Shown here one piece after another: positions 53,248-62,260 of a DNA stretch of 64,000 nt. Every line of letters starts with the position of its first letter. Position 1 is the stretch's first letter. The notes beneath the pieces were generated by a model. The model saw nothing but the letters and a program-made list of their open reading frames with translations. It made no database searches and was not told the origin of the DNA. Source of the DNA: an uncultured Myxococcales bacterium (GTDB taxonomy: Bacteria > Myxococcota_A > Polyangia > Polyangiales > Polyangiaceae); assembly GCA_937998045.1 (NCBI GenBank), contig CALKVG010000666.1, positions 314 to 64,313 of the forward strand, written 5' to 3'. Both the position numbers and the translations under genes were made by a program.

Positions 53248-54942
53248 ATGATCTTCGTGGTCCTTCGCTTTCTGCGCGTTCCCCGGCAGCGACTTGCGTT
53301 CCGTCCCGCGGCGCACGCCGCTGCACTGGCGCTGGCCGCCGCCGTCCTCGCTTTGATCATGCCGCGCGCGGCGCTCGCCGACGGCACGTACGACGGCGCC
53401 TGGAACCTGACGCCGGTCACCGAGACGTTCACGGTTCAGCAGTGGAGCTCCTCCTGCGGGCCAACCCCCGTGTCGCGGACGATGCTGGCGGGGGGCCCGG
53501 TGACCGTTCGCGGCGACTCGGGCGAGCTCGTCATCACCGGCCAGCGCACGCTCCGCACCGACCAGTGCCTGGACTCGCTGCCGACGCTCGTCCGCTCGGT
53601 GCATTCGCAGGACGCGCGGTCGTGGCGAACGCGATGCGCGACGCCGCAGACGGACCCCCGGCGGGCGGTGGTCAACACAGCCTACTTCGTGGCACCCGGC
53701 GACGACACGATCACCGTCGCCGAGACCGGCCGTTACGAGTTCACGATCAACGACTCGCGCTGCGTGGCCGACGTGCAGCGAGGGGCGTCGCTCACGCGCG
53801 TCGTCGCCCAGGCGCCCGCCGCCGCAGCACCTGCGCCCGTGCCCACGACGAAAGCGGCCCCTCTACCCCCGCCCGAGCCGCCGCCCGCGTTCCGCGTCGA
53901 TTGCAGCACCCCCGGCAACCCTGCGCGCCTCGAAGTCCGCCCCTCGCGCAAGCTGCTGCGGCAGGGGGACACGTTCGCGTTCCGCGCTCGCGTGCTCGAC
54001 GCCGTCGGCTGCCCGACGGGTACGCCCATCCAATGGACGCTCGGCGCCGTGTCCTTCAAGGACGGCCTGCCTCACGCCGCGCAGCCGACGCTCGATGACA
54101 CCGGCAAGGTGACTGTCCCGGCGCAGGACTTCGGAGACGCGTCGTTCGACATCGTCGCGACCGCGGCGGGGCACAGCGCGCGCGCCTCGGTGCAGGTGAC
54201 CTCACCCGCGAACTACGACGCGCTCCTCGCCCAGTCGGGCCTCGACCCCAACGGGGAACGCGACGAGCCGTCGGTGACGAGCCTCGCGAGCAGCTCGATC
54301 GGCGCCTCCGGCGCGCGGGCAGAGGACGGCGCCGAGCGGCGGCGCATGATGTTCGTCGCGATCGTGGGCGGGCTCGCGCTGCTCCTCGGTGGCGTCGCGC
54401 TCGTCGGCGCCCGCCGGTCGAAGAAGGCGCGCGACGCGCACCGCGCGGCGGAGGAGCGCCACGCGGAGAAGATGCGCGAATACGAGCGGGCGAAGCGCGA
54501 GCGGGAGGAGCAGCACGCCGCGCAGATGAAGGCGCACCTCGAAAGCGTCGCGGTCGCGCAGCAGCAAGCGGCGGCCGCGGCCGCGCGAGGGATCGATTCG
54601 GGTCCCATGTTTTGTCCGTCGTGCCGTCGTGAGCTGCCCGCCGGCACGACCCACTGCCCCTACGACTCCAACCGCCTCGTGCCGATGGCCGGGCACGAAG
54701 GGCTGATGAGCGGTCCCGCGGGCGGCGTGTGCCCGACGTGCCATCGCGGGTACAACCCCGGGGTCAAGGTGTGCCCCGCCGACGGCGAAGAGCTCGTCCC
54801 CGCGCCGGTCGCGAGCGTGGCCGCTCCGCCCCCCCTCGCCGCCCCGCCGCGCGGCAAGATCTGTCCGACGTGCGGGGACCGCTTCGACGGTGCGGCGCGC
54901 TTCTGCGGCAAGGACGGCACCCAGCTCGTGTTGGTCAACTAG
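53248..54942 (+). CDS. single-pass membrane protein: exported Ig-like N-terminal part, TM, coiled coil, three C-terminal zinc ribbons
   Basis: Signal AAALALAAAVLALIMPRAALA. TM MMFVAIVGGLALLLGGVALVGA. Charged coil KKARDAHRAAEERHAEKMREYERAKREREEQH. Ribbons CPSCRRELPAGTTHCPYD, CPTCHRGYNPGVKVCPAD and CPTCGDRFDGAARFCGKD. Start uncertain (53176/53209/53248). Confidence 0.6.
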   Translation: MIFVVLRFLRVPRQRLAFRPAAHAAALALAAAVLALIMPRAALADGTYDGAWNLTPVTETFTVQQWSSSCGPTPVSRTMLAGGPVTVRGDSGELVITGQRTLRTDQCLDSLPTLVRSVHSQDARSWRTRCATPQTDPRRAVVNTAYFVAPGDDTITVAETGRYEFTINDSRCVADVQRGASLTRVVAQAPAAAAPAPVPTTKAAPLPPPEPPPAFRVDCSTPGNPARLEVRPSRKLLRQGDTFAFRARVLDAVGCPTGTPIQWTLGAVSFKDGLPHAAQPTLDDTGKVTVPAQDFGDASFDIVATAAGHSARASVQVTSPANYDALLAQSGLDPNGERDEPSVTSLASSSIGASGARAEDGAERRRMMFVAIVGGLALLLGGVALVGARRSKKARDAHRAAEERHAEKMREYERAKREREEQHAAQMKAHLESVAVAQQQAAAAAARGIDSGPMFCPSCRRELPAGTTHCPYDSNRLVPMAGHEGLMSGPAGGVCPTCHRGYNPGVKVCPADGEELVPAPVASVAAPPPLAAPPRGKICPTCGDRFDGAARFCGKDGTQLVLVN

Positions 54943-55771
54943 GGTGGACGAGGTTTTCCTCCATCCAGCGCGCCGCGAAGGTCGTCAGGTCGGCGGCCTC
55001 GAACAAGTGGCAGCTCGCGGCGCCCACCACGCCGCTGCGACCGCGGCCGAGCGCGACGTAGTCGTCGACGAGGGCGGCGAAGTAGTCGTTTCCGTACCGC
55101 TCGCGATGCCACGGCACGACGCCCTCGACCGAATCGAGCTCCTCGACGTCGACCCAACGCCGCTCGTTGTCGACGAGCATCGGCACGCGATAGCGCGCGA
55201 CGCGCTTGTCCGGAACGCGCGCCAGGTGTTCCGCGTAGTGCAGGATCGTCACCGCGCCCCGGGGCGAGCCGAGGAGGAGCACATCGCCTCGCGCGTGCAC
55301 GATGCGCTCGAACGGCGAGCCTGGGCCGAAGCCGTACTGAAGCGGATGGTCGCGCGTGAGCCAGTCCGCGCGGGGGCCCACGGCGGCCATGGACCCCTCG
55401 GGGTTGGCGCTGCGACGCGCCCCCGGTAACCCTCGAAGGCGCTCGGGGAGGACGCCCCATTCGGGCGCGGAGCGGCAGGTCGCCGCGTCGAACGCAGGGC
55501 GCTCCTCGAGGTAGGCACGCTGCTTCTCGAGCGACCAGGAGGCCATCGGGTAGGTGCTGTCCTCCCAGCCCACGAACATGCAGAGGGTGCCCTCCCCGCC
55601 GACGACCTCGCGAAGCGCGTCGAGCACGACGTCCGGGCCCCCGACGACCCAGCCGACCGCGCGCACGGAAGCGTGCGCCATGAGTACACCTCCCGCGCGC
55701 ACACCCAGCGCGCGGAGGTCGTGCATCAGCTTGCTCTTCGTGACGAGAGGAAGATCGTCGCGGCTGTTCAT
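54935..55771 (-). CDS. AAC(3)-family aminoglycoside N-acetyltransferase-like protein
   Basis: 278 aa from MNSRDDLPLVTKSKLMHDLRALGVRAGGVLMAHASVRAVGWVVGGPDVVLDALREVVGGEGTLCMF, matching the N-terminal signature of the AAC(3) fold as I recall it. Confidence 0.7.
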   Translation of the reverse strand: MNSRDDLPLVTKSKLMHDLRALGVRAGGVLMAHASVRAVGWVVGGPDVVLDALREVVGGEGTLCMFVGWEDSTYPMASWSLEKQRAYLEERPAFDAATCRSAPEWGVLPERLRGLPGARRSANPEGSMAAVGPRADWLTRDHPLQYGFGPGSPFERIVHARGDVLLLGSPRGAVTILHYAEHLARVPDKRVARYRVPMLVDNERRWVDVEELDSVEGVVPWHRERYGNDYFAALVDDYVALGRGRSGVVGAASCHLFEAADLTTFAARWMEENLVHPS

Positions 55772-55975
55772 CGGCGCCGAAACGAGGTAGGTCGATGCAT
55801 ACGGCACGGCAAGCGTTGCCGGTCGATGCCCGCGGCATCGCAAACGATTGCAACGGCCCTGGAGCTCACAAGGTCACAAGCGCCCACATTCTGCGGCACG
55901 GGCCGAAGCCCTCGCAGCAGCGGACGCCCGCCACGGGCCGCGCTACCATCGATCCCTGAAGGACGGTTCGTCGGG

Positions 55976-57616
55976 ATGAAGATCACGTGCCAGGCCTGCG
56001 CCGCGAAGTACACGATCGCGGACGAGAAGGTCCTCGGGAAAGTCGTCAAGATCCGGTGCAAAAAGTGCGGCGCCACCATCGTGATCAACGGCAACGATCC
56101 GTCGGCGGGCGCAGAGGTCGGCGGGGCTGAGTCGCAAGGCCTCGATTACGCCTCGGGCGGATCGCCGCTCTGGACGGTCAACGTGGCCGACGGCGATCAA
56201 CGCACGATGACCGACCACGAGGTCGTCAGCGCGTATCGGGCCGGCGTCGTCACCGACGAGGCGTACTGCTGGAAGGATGGCATGCCCGACTGGTTGCCGC
56301 TCCGCGAGATCGCGCAGCTGCACGCCGCGTGCACGGCGGCTCCAGGCGCGGGCCCGACCGATCCCCCGGAGGACGACGGAGCGACGAAGGTCCAGGATCC
56401 CCCCGCGTTCCTGCTCGCCGCGACCGCTCCGCAGGCACAGCCTGCGTACGCGGCAGCGGGAGCGCACGGCGGCGGCAACGGCTCCGGTGCGTCGCATGCG
56501 CCGGAAGCACCGGCCGCGGCGGCGCGGCGCGCTCCAGGCCGCGCGCCCGCGGCCGATCTCTTCGGCGGCGTCGCGCAGGCCGGCGGCGAGGACGACGTCA
56601 TGACGAGCGCGCCGGCGGGCATGCCTCAGCCGCACGACGATGGCGCGCGCGACAAACTGACGGGCGCTCGAAACGAAAACAGCGTGCTCTTCTCGCTGAA
56701 CGCGCTGACGAGCAAAGGGGGCGTCGTTCGCCCGCAGCCCATGCCCGCGTCGGCCGAGGCCTCCGGGCTCATCGACATTCGACAGCTGAGCGCGCAGATC
56801 GGCCTGGGCGACGACAAGAAGCAGAGCCGAATCGACGACATCATGAACCTCGCCGGCGGCGGCGCGTTCAGTCCGTCGCTGTCCGCACCCGTGCTGTCGG
56901 CGCCTCCCATCGAGGAGTACACGCCTCAAGCGAGCCTCTCGCCGACCGCACCCCCGCGCAGCAAGAAGATCGTGTTCGCCGCCCTCGGCGCGGGCGCCTT
57001 CGTCGTCGTGGCGGCCGTCGGCGGGGCGATGATGCTGATGCATCGCGGCCCCGACGAGACCGCGGACAACAAGGACAAGCCGAGCGCGAGCGCCGCGGCC
57101 GAGTCGGCGTCGGGGTCCCCCTCCGCCTCCGCGTCCGCAGCCGCCCCGGAGCAATCGGTCGCGAAGAACGACCAACCGGCCCCCAGCGACTCGGCGGCTG
57201 CGAGCGGAGGCCAGGGCGGCGGTTCGGCCCCCGCGTCCATGGGTGGCACCGCGCACGAGCATGAGCACGCAGCGGCAAAGTCGAGCACGCCGCACGAGTC
57301 GGCGCCGAAAGAGAACGGCAGCTTGCTCGCTGCAGCGACCGCGAGCGACGCCCCGTTCAACATGGGCGAAGCCAAGGCACGCCTGGCGGCGATCGCCACC
57401 GGCGCGCAGTCGTGCAAGAAGGGTGACCTCAGCGGAACCGGCCGCGTGGTGGTCGTGTTCGCGCCGAACGGGTCCGCGCAATCGGCGACGATCTCGGGGC
57501 CGCCGTTCGAAGGCACGCCCACCGGGACGTGCGTCGCGGCGCGCTTCCGCGGTGCGCGCGTACCGGCGTTCGGCGGGAGCCCGTTCTCGGTCGCCAAGAG
57601 CTTCACGATCAACTGA
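55976..57616 (+). CDS. zinc-ribbon + GYF-domain membrane protein with TonB-C/AgmX-PglI-like C-terminal domain (GltJ/AgmX-like architecture)
   Basis: 546 aa from MKITCQACAAKYTIADEKVLGKVVKIRCKKCGATIVI (MJ0042-type ribbon). GYF-like WTVNVADGDQRTMTDHEVVSAYRAGVVTDEAYCWKDGMPDWLPLREI. TM IVFAALGAGAFVVVAAVGGAMMLM. C-terminal PPFEGTPTGTCVAARF domain. Confidence 0.75.
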   Translation: MKITCQACAAKYTIADEKVLGKVVKIRCKKCGATIVINGNDPSAGAEVGGAESQGLDYASGGSPLWTVNVADGDQRTMTDHEVVSAYRAGVVTDEAYCWKDGMPDWLPLREIAQLHAACTAAPGAGPTDPPEDDGATKVQDPPAFLLAATAPQAQPAYAAAGAHGGGNGSGASHAPEAPAAAARRAPGRAPAADLFGGVAQAGGEDDVMTSAPAGMPQPHDDGARDKLTGARNENSVLFSLNALTSKGGVVRPQPMPASAEASGLIDIRQLSAQIGLGDDKKQSRIDDIMNLAGGGAFSPSLSAPVLSAPPIEEYTPQASLSPTAPPRSKKIVFAALGAGAFVVVAAVGGAMMLMHRGPDETADNKDKPSASAAAESASGSPSASASAAAPEQSVAKNDQPAPSDSAAASGGQGGGSAPASMGGTAHEHEHAAAKSSTPHESAPKENGSLLAAATASDAPFNMGEAKARLAAIATGAQSCKKGDLSGTGRVVVVFAPNGSAQSATISGPPFEGTPTGTCVAARFRGARVPAFGGSPFSVAKSFTIN

Positions 57617-57652
57617 CACTCGGGCAGTGCGCCACCACCCCTCCGAGCCGCC

Positions 57653-57778
57653 GTGCCGCCGCTGACCGTCGCCCTGGTCGCCTTCGCGGCGTTCCTCGTG
57701 GGGCTTCGGGCGGGCATCGCCATCGGCTACCGGGCCGAGCGTCGCCGCAAAGGTGACGCGCCACGGTCGCGCGCCTAG
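57653..57778 (+). CDS. candidate 41-aa single-TM small protein
   Basis: GTG 57653 to TAG 57776-57778. VPPLTVALVAFAAFLVGLRAGIAIGYRAERRRKGDAPRSRA. About 88% G/C at third positions. In the same frame as, and 36 nt after, the stop of the upstream gene. No clear SD. Too short for the ORF track. Confidence 0.3.
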   Translation: MPPLTVALVAFAAFLVGLRAGIAIGYRAERRRKGDAPRSRA

Positions 57779-57787
57779 CCTGGTGCC

Positions 57788-58963
57788 GTGCGGCGCGCTG
57801 GGCGGGTGTGCTTCGGGCTCGTCGCCGGCGTGGTGAGCGCGGCGCCGGCGACGGCCGCAGACGAGCCGGCGGTCTCCTGGTCCGGCTGGACCGCGTCGCC
57901 CTCGCCCCTCGACGAATCGCGGCTGGACTCGCTCGAGCGCGCCGCACTCGCGCGCTGCGGTCCGGGGGAGGCCGGGCTGCGGGAGGCCGCGCGCGCGTCC
58001 GCGAGCCGCAAGCTGCAGGGGCTGCCGACAGGTGACCTCGACGCCGTGGAGTTCGCGCAACGCGCCTCGGGCGAACCCCACCCGTGGCCTCGCGTCTGGC
58101 TCGCGACCGCGATCGGGCTCGACGCCGGCGCGGCGCTGCGAAAGCTGGACGCGTGGCTGGCGACCGAGTCGGACGCGCTGCGGCGCTGCGGCGTCGCCGC
58201 GATGTCGCGCGCGGACGGCACGCGGGTGCTCGCCGTCGTGACGGTCGACGCGCTGGCGGACCTGGCGCCCCTCCCGACGCGCGCACGCCCTGGCCAGTGG
58301 CTCCTTCTCGAGGCCCGCCTGCAGGTCGCCGCGCGCGGCGTGCGCGTGTTCGTCGCGGGGCCCGACGGGGCGCCGCGCACGGTTCCGGTGGCGCTCGAAG
58401 GCAGCGAACTGCGCGCGCGGTTCGCGCCCGATCGCCCGGGCGAACACGTCGTGCAGGTCGTCGCGGATCTGGCGAGCGGCCCGCGTCCGGTGCTGGAGGC
58501 CAGCGTCTTCGCCGACGCCGAGCCGCCGCAGGCGGAAGCGTCGCGATCGGCGCCGGGACAGGGGGCCGCCCCCGGCGACGCCGCGAACGACGCGGACGCC
58601 CTGGCCCGGATGCTCGCCACGGCCCGAGCGTCTGCCGGCCTGTCGCCGCTCGCGCGTGACGCCAGCCTCGACGCCGTCGCTCGCGCCCACGCGCGCCGCA
58701 TGGCCGATCGCCACGCCCTCGCTCACGACTGCGGCGACGGCAGCCCCCTCGATCGCGTGCGCGCCGCGGGCCTCGAGCCGCGCGTCGCCGCCGAGAACGT
58801 CGCGCACGCCGCCACCGTGGCCCTCGCCCATCGCGCGCAGTGGTGGAGCCCCTCGCACCGCGCGAACATGCTTGGCCCCGCCGCGGACCACGTCGGCGTC
58901 GCCGTGGCCCGCGACGAGCGCGGCGACGCGTGGGTCGTCGAGCTCTTCGCGGACCTGCGCTGA
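57788..58963 (+). CDS. secreted CAP/SCP (PR-1-like) domain protein
   Basis: 391 aa with GTG start. Signal VCFGLVAGVVSAAPATA. C-terminal CAP-like LDAVARAHARRMADRHALAHD...WWSPSHRANMLGPAADHVGVAV. Confidence 0.75.
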   Translation: MRRAGRVCFGLVAGVVSAAPATAADEPAVSWSGWTASPSPLDESRLDSLERAALARCGPGEAGLREAARASASRKLQGLPTGDLDAVEFAQRASGEPHPWPRVWLATAIGLDAGAALRKLDAWLATESDALRRCGVAAMSRADGTRVLAVVTVDALADLAPLPTRARPGQWLLLEARLQVAARGVRVFVAGPDGAPRTVPVALEGSELRARFAPDRPGEHVVQVVADLASGPRPVLEASVFADAEPPQAEASRSAPGQGAAPGDAANDADALARMLATARASAGLSPLARDASLDAVARAHARRMADRHALAHDCGDGSPLDRVRAAGLEPRVAAENVAHAATVALAHRAQWWSPSHRANMLGPAADHVGVAVARDERGDAWVVELFADLR

Positions 58964-58973
58964 GCGAACGCCG

Positions 58974-60758
58974 TTACTTCGCCGGCCGAGGCGGCCCCCC
59001 GTTGTCCTCCTCGACGATCTTGAACTCGACGCGACGGTTGGCCGCACGACCGGCGTCGGTGTCGTTCGACTGGATCGGTTTGGTAAGCCCGTACCCCTCG
59101 CTGTCCAGGCGGCCACCGTCGATGCCGTGCTGCTCGAGCCACGCGCGTACGCTGGCGGCGCGGCGTTTGGACAGGTCGAGGTTCATGTCGGCCGCACCGC
59201 GGTTGTCGGTGTGCCCCTCGACGCGCATCTTCTTGATGCTCGGGTTGGCCTTGAGCACGTCGACGATCTCCTGGAGCATCGGGAAGCTGTCCGGGAGGAT
59301 CGTCGCGGAGCCCGTCTGGAAGTGCACCTGCTGGAGCACGCGGACCGCGCCCGCTTCGAGCTTGATGAACTTCGGGCACCCGTTCTTCTTCGGGTCGGGA
59401 TCCGGCTGGCCGGGCTCCTTCGGGCAGGCGTCCTTCGCGTCGGGAATGCCGTCGTGGTCGGCGTCGTCCTCGGGGCAGCCATCCTGATCGTCGATGCCGT
59501 CCTTGTCTTCCGGCTGATCGGGGCACTTGTCGTACTCGTCGGGGATGCCGTCGCCGTCGCGATCGGAGGGCGCGGGGCATCCGTCCATCGGGTCCGGGTC
59601 CTTGTGGTCCTCGGGCTCGGTCGGGCACGCGTCGATGTCGTCGGGAATGCCGTCGCCGTCCGTGTCCTTCAGCGACTCGTGGATCACGGCGTGCACGCGC
59701 GCGCGAGCCTCCGGCGACTGCGGGTTCGTGTCCTCGATCGGGAAATAAGTGCCCGCGAGGGCCACCATGCGGAAGTCCGGCGCGCCGTAGCCGTTCGAGA
59801 GGAACGAGCCGGCGCCGAGGCCGATGTAGAAGTTCTCCCAGCCGATCTTCGGGTAGCGCATCCGGCCCTCGATGTTCCACTCGATGGGCGTGTTCTGCGC
59901 GGTAAAGAACGTTGGACCGGTCACGTCGGTGTTCACGATGCCGGTCTGCCCGAAGATGGTGGCGCCGACGCGGTACTTGTCCCCCTGGATGGGCAAGAAC
60001 GCGCCGATCGCCCAGCGGAGCTCGCTGCCGACGCCGAGGCCGTTCGCCGGGCCGTAATGGCCTGCCGGGTCGTTGAGTGAGTGATCGGCGCGGAAGGCTG
60101 CGCCCAGGTTGCCGACGAGCGTGACGAAGTGGGGCGGCGTCCACTCGTAGGTCACCATCGGCATGGCGCCGAGGTTCGGCCCGTCGCCGCCGAAGTTCGT
60201 CGAGGAGCCGGCGCCCGTGGGCACCCATACGCTCAGCTGCAAGCCCAACGCTTGTCGCTGGTCTTCGCTGCGCCAGAGGACGTAACGCCCGTCCAGCCGC
60301 AGATCGCCCACCGCGGGGCCCGTCGTCGTGTAGTTCGTGTAGGCCGAGGAGCTGCCGAACGCGTTGGGGATGACCTGCTGGTTGCCGGTCTCGATCCAGG
60401 CCACGGGGAACGTGGCGCCCAGCGAGAGGCGCTCCAGGAGCTGCACGCCGGCGGACATGTACGTCGAGAACTGCGTCGTGATGACGTCGCCCGGCGAGTT
60501 CCGGATCGCGTCGGGATCGCTCGTGATGTTGCCGATGCGCAAGGGATTGAGGGCGAACCCGAGCCCGAGCTGCGCGTAGACGATGGCGCCCTTGCGCGTC
60601 TCGGGACGGAAGAGAATGAGGCCGTCGTCCGGGGCGCCGGGGACCTCCAGGCGATCGAGGTGGAAGGTCTGCTGCTGGGCATGGGCGCTCCGGGAAGCGC
60701 CGAACGCCGAGAGGGCGGCGGCCGCGCAGAGCGCGAACCGCAAAGGAAACCGTGACAT
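58974..60758 (-). CDS. OmpA-family outer-membrane protein with beta-barrel-like N-terminal region and TSP3 repeats
   Basis: 594 aa. Signal LRFALCAAAALSAFGASRSAHA. TSP3 repeats DTDGDGIPDDIDACP, DRDGDGIPDEYDKCP, DADHDGIPDAKDACP. GHTDNRGAADMNLDLSKRRAASVRAWL. Confidence 0.85.
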   Translation of the reverse strand: MSRFPLRFALCAAAALSAFGASRSAHAQQQTFHLDRLEVPGAPDDGLILFRPETRKGAIVYAQLGLGFALNPLRIGNITSDPDAIRNSPGDVITTQFSTYMSAGVQLLERLSLGATFPVAWIETGNQQVIPNAFGSSSAYTNYTTTGPAVGDLRLDGRYVLWRSEDQRQALGLQLSVWVPTGAGSSTNFGGDGPNLGAMPMVTYEWTPPHFVTLVGNLGAAFRADHSLNDPAGHYGPANGLGVGSELRWAIGAFLPIQGDKYRVGATIFGQTGIVNTDVTGPTFFTAQNTPIEWNIEGRMRYPKIGWENFYIGLGAGSFLSNGYGAPDFRMVALAGTYFPIEDTNPQSPEARARVHAVIHESLKDTDGDGIPDDIDACPTEPEDHKDPDPMDGCPAPSDRDGDGIPDEYDKCPDQPEDKDGIDDQDGCPEDDADHDGIPDAKDACPKEPGQPDPDPKKNGCPKFIKLEAGAVRVLQQVHFQTGSATILPDSFPMLQEIVDVLKANPSIKKMRVEGHTDNRGAADMNLDLSKRRAASVRAWLEQHGIDGGRLDSEGYGLTKPIQSNDTDAGRAANRRVEFKIVEEDNGGPPRPAK

Positions 60759-61227
60759 CTTGGTCGTCGCTCCGGTTGCTCGGGCCAGGGGCCTGGCATT
60801 GCAGTGCGGCCGCTATAAACGCAATGGTGATGAAACACCTGTCCCGCGTGTATGGCCAGAAAAAGCGCGCGCCCGCCGCGACAAAGCAACAAAGGGCGAT
60901 GGCTGTCGTGCCATCGCGCCCTCGTCCCATCGCGCCCTCGCGCCGTCGCGCCGTCGCAGGAGATCGCGCCACGACGGGGCAGCCGCGGGCGCTCGCCAGC
61001 GCGAGGCCATGGAACAGAAACGAATGGGATCCGATGTGGAAGGGAGGGCGCCTGCGTCCCCTGTATCTCGGAGCGGCTATCCTCGGGCTATGCGGCGCGG
61101 CGACCCGCCCCCGCGAGCCCTCGCGCGCGGCCGACTTGACGACTGCGCTGCCCGGTGCTCTTCTCCGGCCCCCGCAGTCGCGTAGCCCTGGCGCACGCCC
61201 GGCACGCGACCGCCATCGAGGATCGTT

Positions 61228-61377
61228 ATGAAGCGCACGTACCAACCCCACAACGTCCGTCGGGCACGCACCCACGGCTTCCGCGCCCGCATGTCGACCC
61301 GGGGCGGCCGCAAGGTGCTGCAGAACCGGCGCCGGAAGGGCCGCAAGCGCCTCGTGCCGACCATCTACAAGAAGTAG
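61228..61377 (+). CDS. rpmH: 50S ribosomal protein L34
   Basis: Read by hand (49 aa, below the ORF-track cutoff): [49 protein letters not shown], stop TAG 61375-61377. Confidence 0.95.
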   Translation: MKRTYQPHNVRRARTHGFRARMSTRGGRKVLQNRRRKGRKRLVPTIYKK

Positions 61378-61384
61378 CGCGGCT

Positions 61385-61792
61385 TTGCCGCTCTCCTTCG
61401 GGCCCAGCCGCAGGCTGCGCCGGCATCCGGAGTTTGCCCGGGCGCAGCGATCGGGAAGGCGGGTCGGAACGCCGCACTTCACGCTCCTCGTTGCACCGCA
61501 GCCTCCGCCGCCACGGCGTGCCCGCCTGGGTGTCGTCGTCGGACGCAAGGTAGGGATCGCGGTCTCGCGGAACCGCGTCAAACGGCTGTGCCGCGAATGC
61601 TTTCGCAACTGGCCGGATCTGTTGCCGGACGGGGTCGACCTCGTCGTGATTGCGCGCCCCGGCGCGCACGAGCTGGGGCTGGCCGAGGTGCAGGCCGAGT
61701 GGCGGAAGGTCGAGGCGCTGCTTAAGAAACGTGCGGCGGAAGCGCTGGCGCGCGCGGCCTCCTCGCATCATCCTGGCCCGGACGGCTCGTAG
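61385..61792 (+). CDS. rnpA: ribonuclease P protein component
   Basis: 135 aa with TTG start, 7 nt after rpmH. GVVVGRKVGIAVSRNRVKRLCRE (RNR motif). Confidence 0.85.
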   Translation: MPLSFGPSRRLRRHPEFARAQRSGRRVGTPHFTLLVAPQPPPPRRARLGVVVGRKVGIAVSRNRVKRLCRECFRNWPDLLPDGVDLVVIARPGAHELGLAEVQAEWRKVEALLKKRAAEALARAASSHHPGPDGS

Positions 61793-61881
61793 CCAAGCGC
61801 GGTGTCCGGCAAAGCACTCGGCGCCGACGCCAGACCCCCCCGACGCGGACCCCCAACGGAGAACCCAGAACGAGAACCAGG

Positions 61882-62253
61882 ATGGCTCGGCTCCTCGTCG
61901 TTGTGGTGAAGCTCTATCAGCAGATAGTCTCGCCGCTTCTAAGGCCGCTCTGGGGCAACGTGTGCCGGTTCGAACCGTCCTGCTCGCGCTACGCGGTGGC
62001 TTGCCTCGAGGCACACGGCGCCCTGCGGGGCAGCTTGCTTTCGGTCGTGCGCCTGTGTAAGTGCCACCCGTTTCATCCGGGGGGCTACGACCCCCCTCCC
62101 GCTCCACGTCGCCCACTCGGGCGGCCCCCCGTCGGGGGCGTGACCGCGGGACCGGAGGATCTTTCCGCATCGAAGCAGCAAGCCACGGCCGCCATCTCGA
62201 CCCCTCCCGTCGCGCTGAACAGCGGCGCTGACTGCGGGCGGGGCACGGCCTAA
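61882..62253 (+). CDS. yidD: membrane protein insertion efficiency factor YidD (with ~45-aa C-terminal extension)
   Basis: 123 aa. LYQQIVSPLL...CRFEPSCSRYAVACLEAHGALRGSLLSVVRLCKCHPF. Confidence 0.85.
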   Translation: MARLLVVVVKLYQQIVSPLLRPLWGNVCRFEPSCSRYAVACLEAHGALRGSLLSVVRLCKCHPFHPGGYDPPPAPRRPLGRPPVGGVTAGPEDLSASKQQATAAISTPPVALNSGADCGRGTA

Positions 62254-62260
62254 AGGACTC

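Noticed and set aside
54935-55771. The AAC(3)-like acetyltransferase as an acquired antibiotic-resistance island
   Set aside because: There are no flanking transposase, integrase or repeats, and composition and codon bias are indistinguishable from the neighbours. It is most likely a chromosomal family member of unknown substrate.
60752-61231. ORF 60752-61231, or its 3' part MWKGGRLRPLYLGAAILGLCGAA..., as a small lipoprotein gene upstream of rpmH
   Set aside because: The lipobox is non-canonical (Leu at -1), codon bias is only moderate, there is no RBS, and it would overlap the rpmH start. Evidence is insufficient.
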